This document shows, one piece after another, positions 10,555 through 18,531 of a stretch of 58,094 nt of DNA. Numbering within the stretch: position 1 is the first letter of the stretch; every line of letters begins with the position of its first letter. The notes beneath the pieces were generated by a model that had not been told where the DNA came from, did no database searches, and was given only the letters and a program-made list of their open reading frames with translations. The position numbers were made by a program, and so were the translations under genes. This DNA is from a virus (Duplodnaviria; Caudoviricetes): the IMG/VR virus record IMGVR_UViG_3300030380_000249, positions 1 through 58,094 of that record; one strand, written 5' to 3'.

Positions 10555-10740
10555 TTACTCCGCTTCAGCAATCGTCAACGTACCAGCTTTAACCTGCCGC
10601 AAAATCTCAGCGTATTCCGTGTTTGCTGGGTCAAGAGGTACACCATATGCAGATCCATTAATGACAGCTCTAATGCCGATGTTTTCCTTTGTTTTTACAT
10701 CAGCAATATACTGTGCAGATGTGATGTTCATTTCATCCAT
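10555..10740 (-). CDS. Small tail-fibre-associated protein
   Basis: VPLDPANTEYAEIL motif, directly downstream of a fibre gene. Confidence 0.6.
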   Translation of the reverse strand: MDEMNITSAQYIADVKTKENIGIRAVINGSAYGVPLDPANTEYAEILRQVKAGTLTIAEAE

Positions 10741-10742
10741 GT

Positions 10743-11849
10743 TTACAACTCCGCACTCAGACTAAATGGATTGTAGATGTAGACACCCGCTAATCTGTTA
10801 TCAGTCAGGCCAGATAATCCAGTGAAAGCTAAAGCCAAGTTTGGCTCAAAGTCAGGCGTTCCAGTGACTGTAGGTGTAACATTATTTGCAGCGTTGTACC
10901 CACTCGGCCCTATTGCAGCGAGTTGGGATATTTGACTGACAGTAGGTTTTGCCCTCATAACAACAGGCAGCGGCATCATTACACTAACAGCCTGAGTTGA
11001 CCCATTTCCTCTGCCAACGAAGACAGTATTGGTAGCAGAGGATGTATCAGGATAATTTACAAAATATCTTTGACACTGAAGTAACTCATCGCCAAATGAC
11101 CGATGCTCAAACGCTGTGGCTTGTTCGCCGACTTCAAGCTGTGCGCCAGTTATATAGATTTCATTACTAGTGCTGTCTGCAAAATTTATCGATGAGCCTG
11201 ATACTCTTGTATTCGTATTGCCTGTAGAACTTAACCACGCTGATGTATTGAAAGTGCCACCGTTAAAATCGCTTCCTGCGGAAAACCAATATGACAAATA
11301 GAAACATGCTGAATTATCGTTGTTGATGTCTTGTGCGGTGTTTCCAACTATTGTGATTATTTTCTTTTCCCAAGTGTTAGCAGAGTCAATAGTAAAGGTA
11401 CTGCTTCTCAAAAAGAAATTTCCGCTTGTGTTTTTATGTTGTATTTCAACAGTGACAAGACCTGTTTTACTCGACTTAATCCAAAACGAAAAGGTAATAG
11501 ATTCTGCGTTAGCTGTTCCAAACTTCAACTGCTGTACGTCTTGTCCTTCCAATATTTGTTGCAATAACATAAATGAACCAGAAGACACGGAGGCTGTGGC
11601 CGTGCAGTCTAGCTTTAAGCTATTGGAAAAACCTTGATTTGCAGGAGATTCTGTAGACTTACTAATATCCCATGTACCAAGTGAACCTACATTAAATTTG
11701 AATCTATCCGGCGCATATACACCGCCACTGGTATGGTCCGTAGTATTTCCCCGCTGCGCCACCTGCATCCCGCCGTTAATTAGTAGGTTCCTGTTTGACA
11801 ACGCCGTCTGCGAACCAATCAGTGCGGCGAGTTCTGCTGCCTTACTCAT
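10743..11849 (-). CDS. Tail fibre/receptor-binding protein with carbohydrate-binding-like module
   Basis: NRNLLINGGMQVAQRG...GAQLEVG..AT.FEHRS..DELL.CQRY framework around a variable core. Confidence 0.7.
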   Translation of the reverse strand: MSKAAELAALIGSQTALSNRNLLINGGMQVAQRGNTTDHTSGGVYAPDRFKFNVGSLGTWDISKSTESPANQGFSNSLKLDCTATASVSSGSFMLLQQILEGQDVQQLKFGTANAESITFSFWIKSSKTGLVTVEIQHKNTSGNFFLRSSTFTIDSANTWEKKIITIVGNTAQDINNDNSACFYLSYWFSAGSDFNGGTFNTSAWLSSTGNTNTRVSGSSINFADSTSNEIYITGAQLEVGEQATAFEHRSFGDELLQCQRYFVNYPDTSSATNTVFVGRGNGSTQAVSVMMPLPVVMRAKPTVSQISQLAAIGPSGYNAANNVTPTVTGTPDFEPNLALAFTGLSGLTDNRLAGVYIYNPFSLSAEL

Positions 11850-12238
11850 GCGAGGTCTCCGTGAGCTACTCCAGCCGCAGCCGGTACATCGTTAGCTGTG
11901 TTGTCATATGCACAAGCGCGAATATACATGACTGAAGCACTCGTAGGTGTGCCATCCGCTGTTCTATTACTACCCGTAGATGCTTCAGTGGGGTCCATAG
12001 CAGATGCTGTTACTGCGTAGTCAGAATTAACCATGGCTGAAGTTATGCTCAACGTGAATCTGCCAGTACCAAGATCCGTGTTTATGGAACAATTAAAACT
12101 ATCGTTTATAACACCGTCGCCGCTTGCCATGTTTAAATTCACCCATGCCTTTGCACTACCTTGTGCAACAGTAGACGTAGCCACGCTGTTGTTCCCGCTG
12201 GCATCCTTCAGGGTGTTTACTCTGAGTTCACTAGCCAT
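11846..12238 (-). CDS. Small tail-fibre module (GSAKAW...HGDLA paralogue)
   Basis: Start MASELRV at 12238 (TAATG overlap). Paralogous to 12947-13324, 15400-15783 and 16598-17038. Confidence 0.65.
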   Translation of the reverse strand: MASELRVNTLKDASGNNSVATSTVAQGSAKAWVNLNMASGDGVINDSFNCSINTDLGTGRFTLSITSAMVNSDYAVTASAMDPTEASTGSNRTADGTPTSASVMYIRACAYDNTANDVPAAAGVAHGDLA

Positions 12239-12471
12239 TATGACCACTCCTCTGTAGGCACAGTGGGCCACGTTGGGCTATCGGGGTCGGTGCGCCGAAT
12301 AGTGCGAATCGCCGCACGATATGTGGCAAACGCTGTCTTGCACGAGTCCGTCAGGCCGCTGTCGCCAAGCTGCGTCCAATCGGTAGCACGAAGAATGGAA
12401 GCCGCTGTATCTGCTACACGAACAGTCATCTTCGGGGGTTCAAGAACCATGATGTTTTTATACGTTGCCAT
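12238..12471 (-). CDS. Tail fibre assembly chaperone
   Basis: L..TDWTQL.D...YR.A.R.I...WP..P pattern. Confidence 0.65.
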   Translation of the reverse strand: MATYKNIMVLEPPKMTVRVADTAASILRATDWTQLGDSGLTDSCKTAFATYRAAIRTIRRTDPDSPTWPTVPTEEWS

Positions 12472-12473
12472 CT

Positions 12474-12947
12474 CTACCCCACCAAGTATCCGTGAAAACG
12501 AGATTCAGCAGCGCCGTTATAATATTTTCCGGTTCCACCACTGTTTAGAAAAGCGCATCTAATTGTGTCTCCAACAGCGCAAGTTAAAATTCGATTGACT
12601 ACATTGCTAGCGTAATGAGTGCCATCTACATTTAACTGAAGATAGCTATATCCTTTGTTTACCCCGTTCTGTTCAAGGCGGGGAAATGCTACCTGATTGT
12701 CTCCTATTAATCGCAATATACCCATGTTGACTTCTACGAAGTAGTCTCCGGCAATAGGGATCGTATACGCATAGGTAGAGGTGTTAAATCCATTGGCGTT
12801 ATCTATCACAACCGTAGGAAATGGAATGGGAGAGGTGGCCACATACGCATCGTTATTGCCAACGACATCCCAACGGGGCTGTTTAGGCATGAGAATACCA
12901 CCAGCACTTGTGCTTTGAATCTCATCTACTTTAAGTACGCTTGCCAT
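12474..12947 (-). CDS. Tail-fibre module with C1q-like beta-sandwich head
   Basis: IPF..V.ID..NGFNTSTYAYTIPIAGDYF...GDTI...F.GYLVG matches the C1q-domain pattern. Confidence 0.6.
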   Translation of the reverse strand: MASVLKVDEIQSTSAGGILMPKQPRWDVVGNNDAYVATSPIPFPTVVIDNANGFNTSTYAYTIPIAGDYFVEVNMGILRLIGDNQVAFPRLEQNGVNKGYSYLQLNVDGTHYASNVVNRILTCAVGDTIRCAFLNSGGTGKYYNGAAESRFHGYLVG

Positions 12948-13324
12948 TATGCGAGGTCTCCGTGCGACACTACATCCACTACGTCCGTATCCTGTTCACT
13001 ACCATCATGTTGAACGCCTCTAAAACGTACAGTGCTTGCAGTTTTTGCGACGGCGTCCGTAGCAATATAAGTGAATGCCTCGTCATTTCCTACAGTAGCA
13101 CCCGTAAAAACAAAATGAAGATTTTTAAAGGCATTTATAAAAGTTACCTGGTATTGCCCTGGTCCATTATCTTCAAGTGAGGAGTTGTTGAAAGACTCAT
13201 CAACAGCCACAGTGCCTGTTCCATTAAAAACACAAAAATGTTTCGCCGCAGTCTGCTTGGTCAACCCCACCGGACCAGTGCCAGCCTTGTCAGCAATAGT
13301 ATCTACATTCAATACGCTGGTCAT
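12947..13324 (-). CDS. Small tail-fibre module (HGDLA paralogue)
   Basis: Start MTSVLNV at 13324. Ends HGDLA. Confidence 0.65.
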   Translation of the reverse strand: MTSVLNVDTIADKAGTGPVGLTKQTAAKHFCVFNGTGTVAVDESFNNSSLEDNGPGQYQVTFINAFKNLHFVFTGATVGNDEAFTYIATDAVAKTASTVRFRGVQHDGSEQDTDVVDVVSHGDLA

Positions 13325-13779
13325 ACGATGCTCCAATATCCGTTAACAGTGACGGTAGCAGACTGCGTAATCGGCCCTGCCGACGCACCGTTTTCGTCGC
13401 TGTCAATCGTAATGTCTGCACTGATCGTCTGGCCGTTCAGGCGAATAATTGAGTTGTTGCCCTTGAAAGGATATCGAGTATCTGATTCTCCCTTGGTATA
13501 GCTGTTCGCAATGGAGAATGTGTCGTATGCAACGATTTCAACTACGTCATTGAGTGACGCCCCTGTGACCAGGACAACCGTTGTGCCCGTTGTCGCCGTG
13601 TAATCCGTCCCTGGCTTTAGAAGAACACCGTTCTGGTACACATCCACATACCGCCCGTCTTGATAAGCTAGAACCAGCGAGTCAGAATCGGATCCGCTGA
13701 AGCTCGTCTGCCCAGCCGTGGCTTGATACACGAAGCGGTTACGGACGCCGAACTCTGGAGATTTACCTATGTATGGCAT
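13321..13779 (-). CDS. Tail-fibre proximal module (MPYIG type)
   Basis: ATAGQTSF...DVYQNGVLL..DYTATTGT and a C-terminal SAGPIT...TVTV motif. Paralogue of 17035-17490. Confidence 0.65.
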   Translation of the reverse strand: MPYIGKSPEFGVRNRFVYQATAGQTSFSGSDSDSLVLAYQDGRYVDVYQNGVLLKPGTDYTATTGTTVVLVTGASLNDVVEIVAYDTFSIANSYTKGESDTRYPFKGNNSIIRLNGQTISADITIDSDENGASAGPITQSATVTVNGYWSIV

Positions 13780-14546
13780 TATGCGTCCTCCAGTGCGGTC
13801 ACGCGCGCTTTAAGCGCAGTCATTTCGGTTTCGAGGGTTTCAATTTTGGTGATGGCTTCTTGCAGTGCTCCGGTCAGCAGCGGCACCAGCTTGCTCTGGT
13901 CGATGCCTTGCATGACTGCGTTGCCGTTGTCATCAACCTCGTTGTGTGTGCCGTGTACAGCTTCTGGCACGACAGCCTGCGCCTCGTGGGCAAGGAAGCC
14001 GTCAACCGTAGTGTCGGCGTCTGCAATAAAGTTGAAACGCTTTGGTGCAAGTGCCTTCACACGAGCGATTGCGCCGGTCATATCGGCCACGTTTTCTTTG
14101 ATGCGGTAATCTGACGCTGTTGCAAAGCTTGTTGAATTGGCACTGGTAAAAATTGAACCAACTTCACCATTAGGATTGTGAAATCCTAATTGTTGTATTG
14201 CGCCAGTACCATTTACACTAAGGTCTCTATTGCCAACACCACCGAACTTTATACCTCCACCACCACTAGAAAATGATGTTGCGCCAATGAGAAGACTGCC
14301 GCTACTGTTGATACGCATACGTTCTGACCCACCCGATGAAAACGCAAGAGTATCCGCACCCGGCAAAAACATGCCGCTGCTCGTGTCGTTACTAAATGCG
14401 TAAGCAGGTGCAGATGCAGAACTGTTAGGCGCACGGGTGGCCGCAGCAAATGTGACATTTTCAGACGAATCGATCGTAATAGCAGTGGCATCACTAGAAT
14501 TGGAAATGCCAGTGATACCTTCTTTACCAACCTTAGTTAATGCCAT
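13779..14546 (-). CDS. Tail fibre with peptidase S74 intramolecular chaperone
   Basis: ERMRI repeat, SDYRIKENV cleavage-site motif, GFLAHEAQ..VPEAV, and IDQSKLVPLL followed by a coiled coil. Confidence 0.85.
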   Translation of the reverse strand: MALTKVGKEGITGISNSSDATAITIDSSENVTFAAATRAPNSSASAPAYAFSNDTSSGMFLPGADTLAFSSGGSERMRINSSGSLLIGATSFSSGGGGIKFGGVGNRDLSVNGTGAIQQLGFHNPNGEVGSIFTSANSTSFATASDYRIKENVADMTGAIARVKALAPKRFNFIADADTTVDGFLAHEAQAVVPEAVHGTHNEVDDNGNAVMQGIDQSKLVPLLTGALQEAITKIETLETEMTALKARVTALEDA

Positions 14547-14558
14547 TGCCTGTTATCC

Positions 14559-14930
14559 TTATGCGTAAGGGCTGTCGCCCAACACAGATGTATCCCAAGC
14601 TGCCTTCAGCTTTGCAATCGTGTCTGCATCTGTGATTGCTTTTGCCGCTGGTGCATCACGCAGTGCCTTCTTCTTAGCTACAGAAGCAGTCTTGGCATCC
14701 GCATCGTCTGCCTCAAGTGCCTTCATGTATACTACGTCCTCTGCATCAAGCAACGGTTTACGCACTGCACGAATCTTGTCCTTAAAGATCTCCTTGGCCT
14801 TTGCCAGATCCTCACTAATGACGCTCCCGCTTAAAGACCATGCACCGCGAAAGTGACGGTCAGAAGGAACGGTGGCCTTGGAAGCATCGATCTGGTTCCC
14901 GTCCTTGTCTACGATGTATGTTGTCGGCAT
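14559..14930 (-). CDS. Tail-fibre-associated protein
   Basis: PSDRHFRGAW...KKALRDAPA motif within the fibre array. Confidence 0.55.
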   Translation of the reverse strand: MPTTYIVDKDGNQIDASKATVPSDRHFRGAWSLSGSVISEDLAKAKEIFKDKIRAVRKPLLDAEDVVYMKALEADDADAKTASVAKKKALRDAPAAKAITDADTIAKLKAAWDTSVLGDSPYA

Positions 14931-14941
14931 TTTATGTTCCT

Positions 14942-15403
14942 CTAAGCTGCCAGTTCATCAGAGATACGCCAGGCGTTTCTCCACTCGCGTGTCCCCGGAA
15001 GCTGTTGCTTCCGACAGATCACCATCTTCGGGCGATTGCCCTCGTCCCACGACTGCCATACAGACTGTGGTACGTCCTTCTGGATGAGGTACTCGATAGC
15101 CTCTTCTTCGGTCATCGGCCCCATCGGTTCTGTGTCATGCAGCAAGTAGCCGCGTGTGTGTTTCTTGAAGTCGGGCTGTGCCTCGTCCTTCTCTAACTCC
15201 CAGTATACCCAAACCGGCGGCAATATCCCACCCTGCAAAGCACAAGCCATCCAATTGGGATCAGGCACCATTATCCTAGCGCATTCGTCTACCTTGTCTT
15301 CGTAGACAACGCGATAGTCTGACTGCACACCATCAAGGTTTTCCTTTGCCCAGCAGAGCCGTTCCCATAGATGTGTGCCTTGAAACTCTGGGGTCACTGT
15401 CAT
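14942..15403 (-). CDS. Tail-fibre-associated protein
   Basis: Start MTVTPEF via ATGA overlap. MTEEEAIEYLIQKDVP...REWRNAW motif. Confidence 0.55.
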   Translation of the reverse strand: MTVTPEFQGTHLWERLCWAKENLDGVQSDYRVVYEDKVDECARIMVPDPNWMACALQGGILPPVWVYWELEKDEAQPDFKKHTRGYLLHDTEPMGPMTEEEAIEYLIQKDVPQSVWQSWDEGNRPKMVICRKQQLPGTREWRNAWRISDELAA

Positions 15404-15783
15404 GCGAGGTCTCCGTGTACCGATGTTCCAACCTCGACGCAATCATCACGAGAATTGTCATTACACAGCACTGTTACTTGTCGATGAGATGACGTTGAGG
15501 CTGTACCGCTATTAGTACATATCCTGCCAAAATTGCCATTAAAGCCGTCCTTTGCACCACCGCTATAAGCGTAGTCATCATTTGCCATATTGTTTGTTAA
15601 AACCACAGAATGTTCGCCTACCTCATGGTCTGTGATCGAACTGGAGTTTAAGCTATCACGGATAGTTGTATCAGAGTTGTAATTTGTCCACGCCTTTGCA
15701 CTACCACCCACAACATATTCTGTAGACACAGAACCTTCAGTCGAGTGCGTCAGGGTATCCGCTTTGATTATACCGAATGCCAT
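15400..15783 (-). CDS. Small tail-fibre module (GSAKAW...HGDLA paralogue)
   Basis: GSAKAW, DSLNSSSITD and terminal HGDLA. Confidence 0.65.
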   Translation of the reverse strand: MAFGIIKADTLTHSTEGSVSTEYVVGGSAKAWTNYNSDTTIRDSLNSSSITDHEVGEHSVVLTNNMANDDYAYSGGAKDGFNGNFGRICTNSGTASTSSHRQVTVLCNDNSRDDCVEVGTSVHGDLA

Positions 15784-16601
15784 TACTCACCTGCCTCCAG
15801 TGCTGCGACTTTTGTCTCGAGTGCTTCAATCTTTGCGATGGCTTCTTGCAGTGCGCCGGTAAGCAGCGGAACCAGCTTAGATTGGTCAATCCCCTGCATG
15901 ACAGCTTTGCCGTCTTCGTCCACTTTATCCTTAGTGCCGCTGATTGCTTCTGGCACGACGGTCTGCGCTTCATGCGCAAGGAAACCGTCAACGGTTCTGT
16001 CTGGGTCAATAATGAAGTTGAACCGTTTGGGTGACAGCGCCTTCACACGAGTGATTGCGCCGGTCATGTCGGCTACGTTTTCTTTGAGTCGATAGTCGGA
16101 GGATGTACCGTAATTAACCGCGCTATTACTATAATCAATGCCGCCCACATTGGAGCCGTTGTGGAAAAAATAATGTCCAGCAAAGTCGCCGCTAGCCGTT
16201 TTGTGTTGGTCAACCCGTGCTACATTAGCATCTGCGCCAGTGTTTAACTCTAAACCAGGGTCGTTTGAAGTAAGTGAGGTTTTGCCTATTAGCACGGCTC
16301 CGCTGCTGGATTCGATGCGCATACGTTCTGTGTTGTTTGTAGCAAAGGTCAGATTGTGTGAATTGGGTGTGCCAATGACTGCTTCGCTAACACTTCCCGG
16401 CGCAGCCATATGAAGTTGACGTGATGTAACACCACTGTCTTTTAGGAGGATGCCAGAACCTGTTGCATTACTATTGAAAGTATCTGTGCCGGTCATAGTA
16501 GCAGAGCCAGTTACAGCAACACGGCCCGTGCCATCAGGGTCAAGAGTAATATCGTTGTTACTCGCAAGGCTGGAGATTTTGTTTGTTTTTACCTCACTCA
16601 T
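15783..16601 (-). CDS. Tail fibre with peptidase S74 intramolecular chaperone (second copy)
   Basis: Start MSEVKTN at 16601. SDYRLKENV...IDQSKLVPLL nearly identical to 13779-14546. Confidence 0.85.
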   Translation of the reverse strand: MSEVKTNKISSLASNNDITLDPDGTGRVAVTGSATMTGTDTFNSNATGSGILLKDSGVTSRQLHMAAPGSVSEAVIGTPNSHNLTFATNNTERMRIESSSGAVLIGKTSLTSNDPGLELNTGADANVARVDQHKTASGDFAGHYFFHNGSNVGGIDYSNSAVNYGTSSDYRLKENVADMTGAITRVKALSPKRFNFIIDPDRTVDGFLAHEAQTVVPEAISGTKDKVDEDGKAVMQGIDQSKLVPLLTGALQEAIAKIEALETKVAALEAGE

Positions 16602-17038
16602 AAGAGATCTCCAATAGTCATACAATAACTTGCACTTACATCGACATTATCGCCTTGTGCATTAGCGTCTGAATTTTTTCCCGTGAAAAAATCAACTTGT
16701 CCTGTAGTTGGTGCAGTCATCGTTGAATCGCTTACAAGATGTCCTATGTTTGCATTTACTCCACACCTAGTGTCGCCAGCAAGTCTAGTCTCTCCGCCAT
16801 CAGTAGCATTCATGCAAGATGCAAAATGGCATCTGTCCGTCACCGAACTAAAATTGTTTGTAAATTTAGTGGTGAAATCGCCTGCTCCGTGGTCCTGTAG
16901 AGTGGTTTGATTTAACGAGCCATCTACTATACCATCCACTGCGTCATAGTTGACCCAGTGTTTCGCAGCCTCTTGCTTCGTCAGCGTAGCCGCACCACCG
17001 CTGGTGCTTTGGATAGTATCTGCCTTTAGTGTACTCAT
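16598..17038 (-). CDS. Small tail-fibre module (AAKHW...GDLL paralogue)
   Basis: Same framework as the HGDLA genes. Confidence 0.6.
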   Translation of the reverse strand: MSTLKADTIQSTSGGAATLTKQEAAKHWVNYDAVDGIVDGSLNQTTLQDHGAGDFTTKFTNNFSSVTDRCHFASCMNATDGGETRLAGDTRCGVNANIGHLVSDSTMTAPTTGQVDFFTGKNSDANAQGDNVDVSASYCMTIGDLL

Positions 17039-17490
17039 AGCGTCACCAATGTCCCGCCGCTTTCAACGGTCAGGGTCACGCCACTGGCTACAGTGAACGG
17101 ACCTGTCACGTTTGCGTTCTCAGTTGCAAGGATGGTTATGTTACTTGTGAGGCTCTGTGCGTTAGTGCGAAACAAACCACCGCCCTTGAAGTTGCCCTTG
17201 TTGGCCGCTGGCGGCGTCACAGAACCTCGAGTCAGTCCTAAGAAGTTAATAAAGATATTGTTTGTTCCAGAAGAAGGTGCGTTCCCTGATCCAAACTCAA
17301 GCGTAGTGGAGTTTGTTAGTGTGTAGGCGTTAGAGTCCTGAACTACGCCATCCACAGAAACCAAGATGTCCTGAACGTCCGAGACCGCGTTGTCCAACGT
17401 GAACGAAGTTGTGGAACCGTTGCCGCTCTCCCGCTGAACTACAGGGATGTTCTCAAAATGTGTGGCCGGTCTATTTCCAGTGTATGGCAC
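17035..17490 (-). CDS. Tail-fibre proximal module (MPYTG type)
   Basis: GNGSTTSFTL...VSVDGVVQ and a C-terminal GPFTVASGVTLTV. Confidence 0.65.
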   Translation of the reverse strand: MPYTGNRPATHFENIPVVQRESGNGSTTSFTLDNAVSDVQDILVSVDGVVQDSNAYTLTNSTTLEFGSGNAPSSGTNNIFINFLGLTRGSVTPPAANKGNFKGGGLFRTNAQSLTSNITILATENANVTGPFTVASGVTLTVESGGTLVTL

Positions 17491-17501
17491 AATGCGCTCC
17501 T

Positions 17502-17828
17502 TTAACTACTGATCGCATCCACTGCGGAAACCCATACATCCACAGAGTCCGCTGCACTTGACTGAACCTTCAAAGCATCTCCTGATTGCAGGACGATTTT
17601 AGCACCACCATCCAAAACCTGTAGAGCTGATGCCGCCGGTATCGGAGCATCTTTGACCAGGTAATGATCGTTTGAACTCACCGTTAAAAACACGCTTACC
17701 GTAATCTGAGAAGTGGTGGTATTAGCTAGATTGATTCCAACCAAAGTATCGTTTGAATTTGACGTATGTATCGCAACTGCTGATGTGCCCACATTTCTTG
17801 CAATATACCGTGTAAAGTCCTGTGCCAT
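17502..17828 (-). CDS. Virion structural protein
   Basis: Beta-rich, with LAN....VSV...LVKDAPIP...KIVLQSGD pattern. Confidence 0.6.
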   Translation of the reverse strand: MAQDFTRYIARNVGTSAVAIHTSNSNDTLVGINLANTTTSQITVSVFLTVSSNDHYLVKDAPIPAASALQVLDGGAKIVLQSGDALKVQSSAADSVDVWVSAVDAISS

Positions 17829-17837
17829 TACCTTCTC

Positions 17838-18524
17838 CTAAAGTGCTATCGCCATTGCAATAGCAAATCCCGCTGTCGCTCCTGTTGATCCGCTTGACGC
17901 TGATGTCACCCTTCCATCAGCCGCCACAGTTATACTTGAGTTTGTATAGCTACCAGCCGAGACCCCTGAATTTGCGATATCCGTTGCGATTGACACGTTG
18001 CCTAAGTTTGTCATTGCAGTAGCACTGGCGGTCACATCCCCAGTTAGCGTAATCGTTGGACTCTTTTCTACGGTGACGCCACTCTCAATAGTGCCGCTAG
18101 ACAACGTCAGACTAGAAAAAGCGTCTACCGCCGCTCCAGATCCATCCGTGTAGATGACCTTTGTTTCACCGTTAGGAATTGACGGGTTGGTACCGGAACT
18201 GACGATTTCAATCGTCTGACTACCAGAGGTAGCGTTCTCAATAAACCAGATTTTAGAAACTGTGCTTGGAGCAAGCGTAACTGTCCGTGTGGCTGTCAGG
18301 CTTACGCCAGAGGTAATCTTCAAGTACATCGCACGGACACCGTCCGTTGCACCGTCCGCCATTGTAATCGTGCTGTTAGCATCACTGGCTATTGCTTCTG
18401 TGCCAAAACCAAAGGCATCCGCAATAAGCTCAAGATTTGCGTTCGTCGTCTGGCCCCAGGTGCCTGACTGTTCGCCGTCAGCAATCTCTTCAAGACGAAG
18501 ATTATTTACATATGTACTCGCCAT
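17838..18524 (-). CDS. Tail fibre anchor/baseplate-like protein
   Basis: MASTY..L.LE....GEQSGTWG.TTN.NL N-terminus and C-terminal GFAIAMAIAL. Confidence 0.6.
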   Translation of the reverse strand: MASTYVNNLRLEEIADGEQSGTWGQTTNANLELIADAFGFGTEAIASDANSTITMADGATDGVRAMYLKITSGVSLTATRTVTLAPSTVSKIWFIENATSGSQTIEIVSSGTNPSIPNGETKVIYTDGSGAAVDAFSSLTLSSGTIESGVTVEKSPTITLTGDVTASATAMTNLGNVSIATDIANSGVSAGSYTNSSITVAADGRVTSASSGSTGATAGFAIAMAIAL

Positions 18525-18531
18525 TCATGCC

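Noticed and set aside
13779-16601. Diversity-generating retroelement (template/variable repeat pair in the fibre genes)
   Set aside because: No reverse transcriptase recognised. The repeats lie in conserved chaperone domains, and the differences are mostly synonymous rather than adenine-specific.
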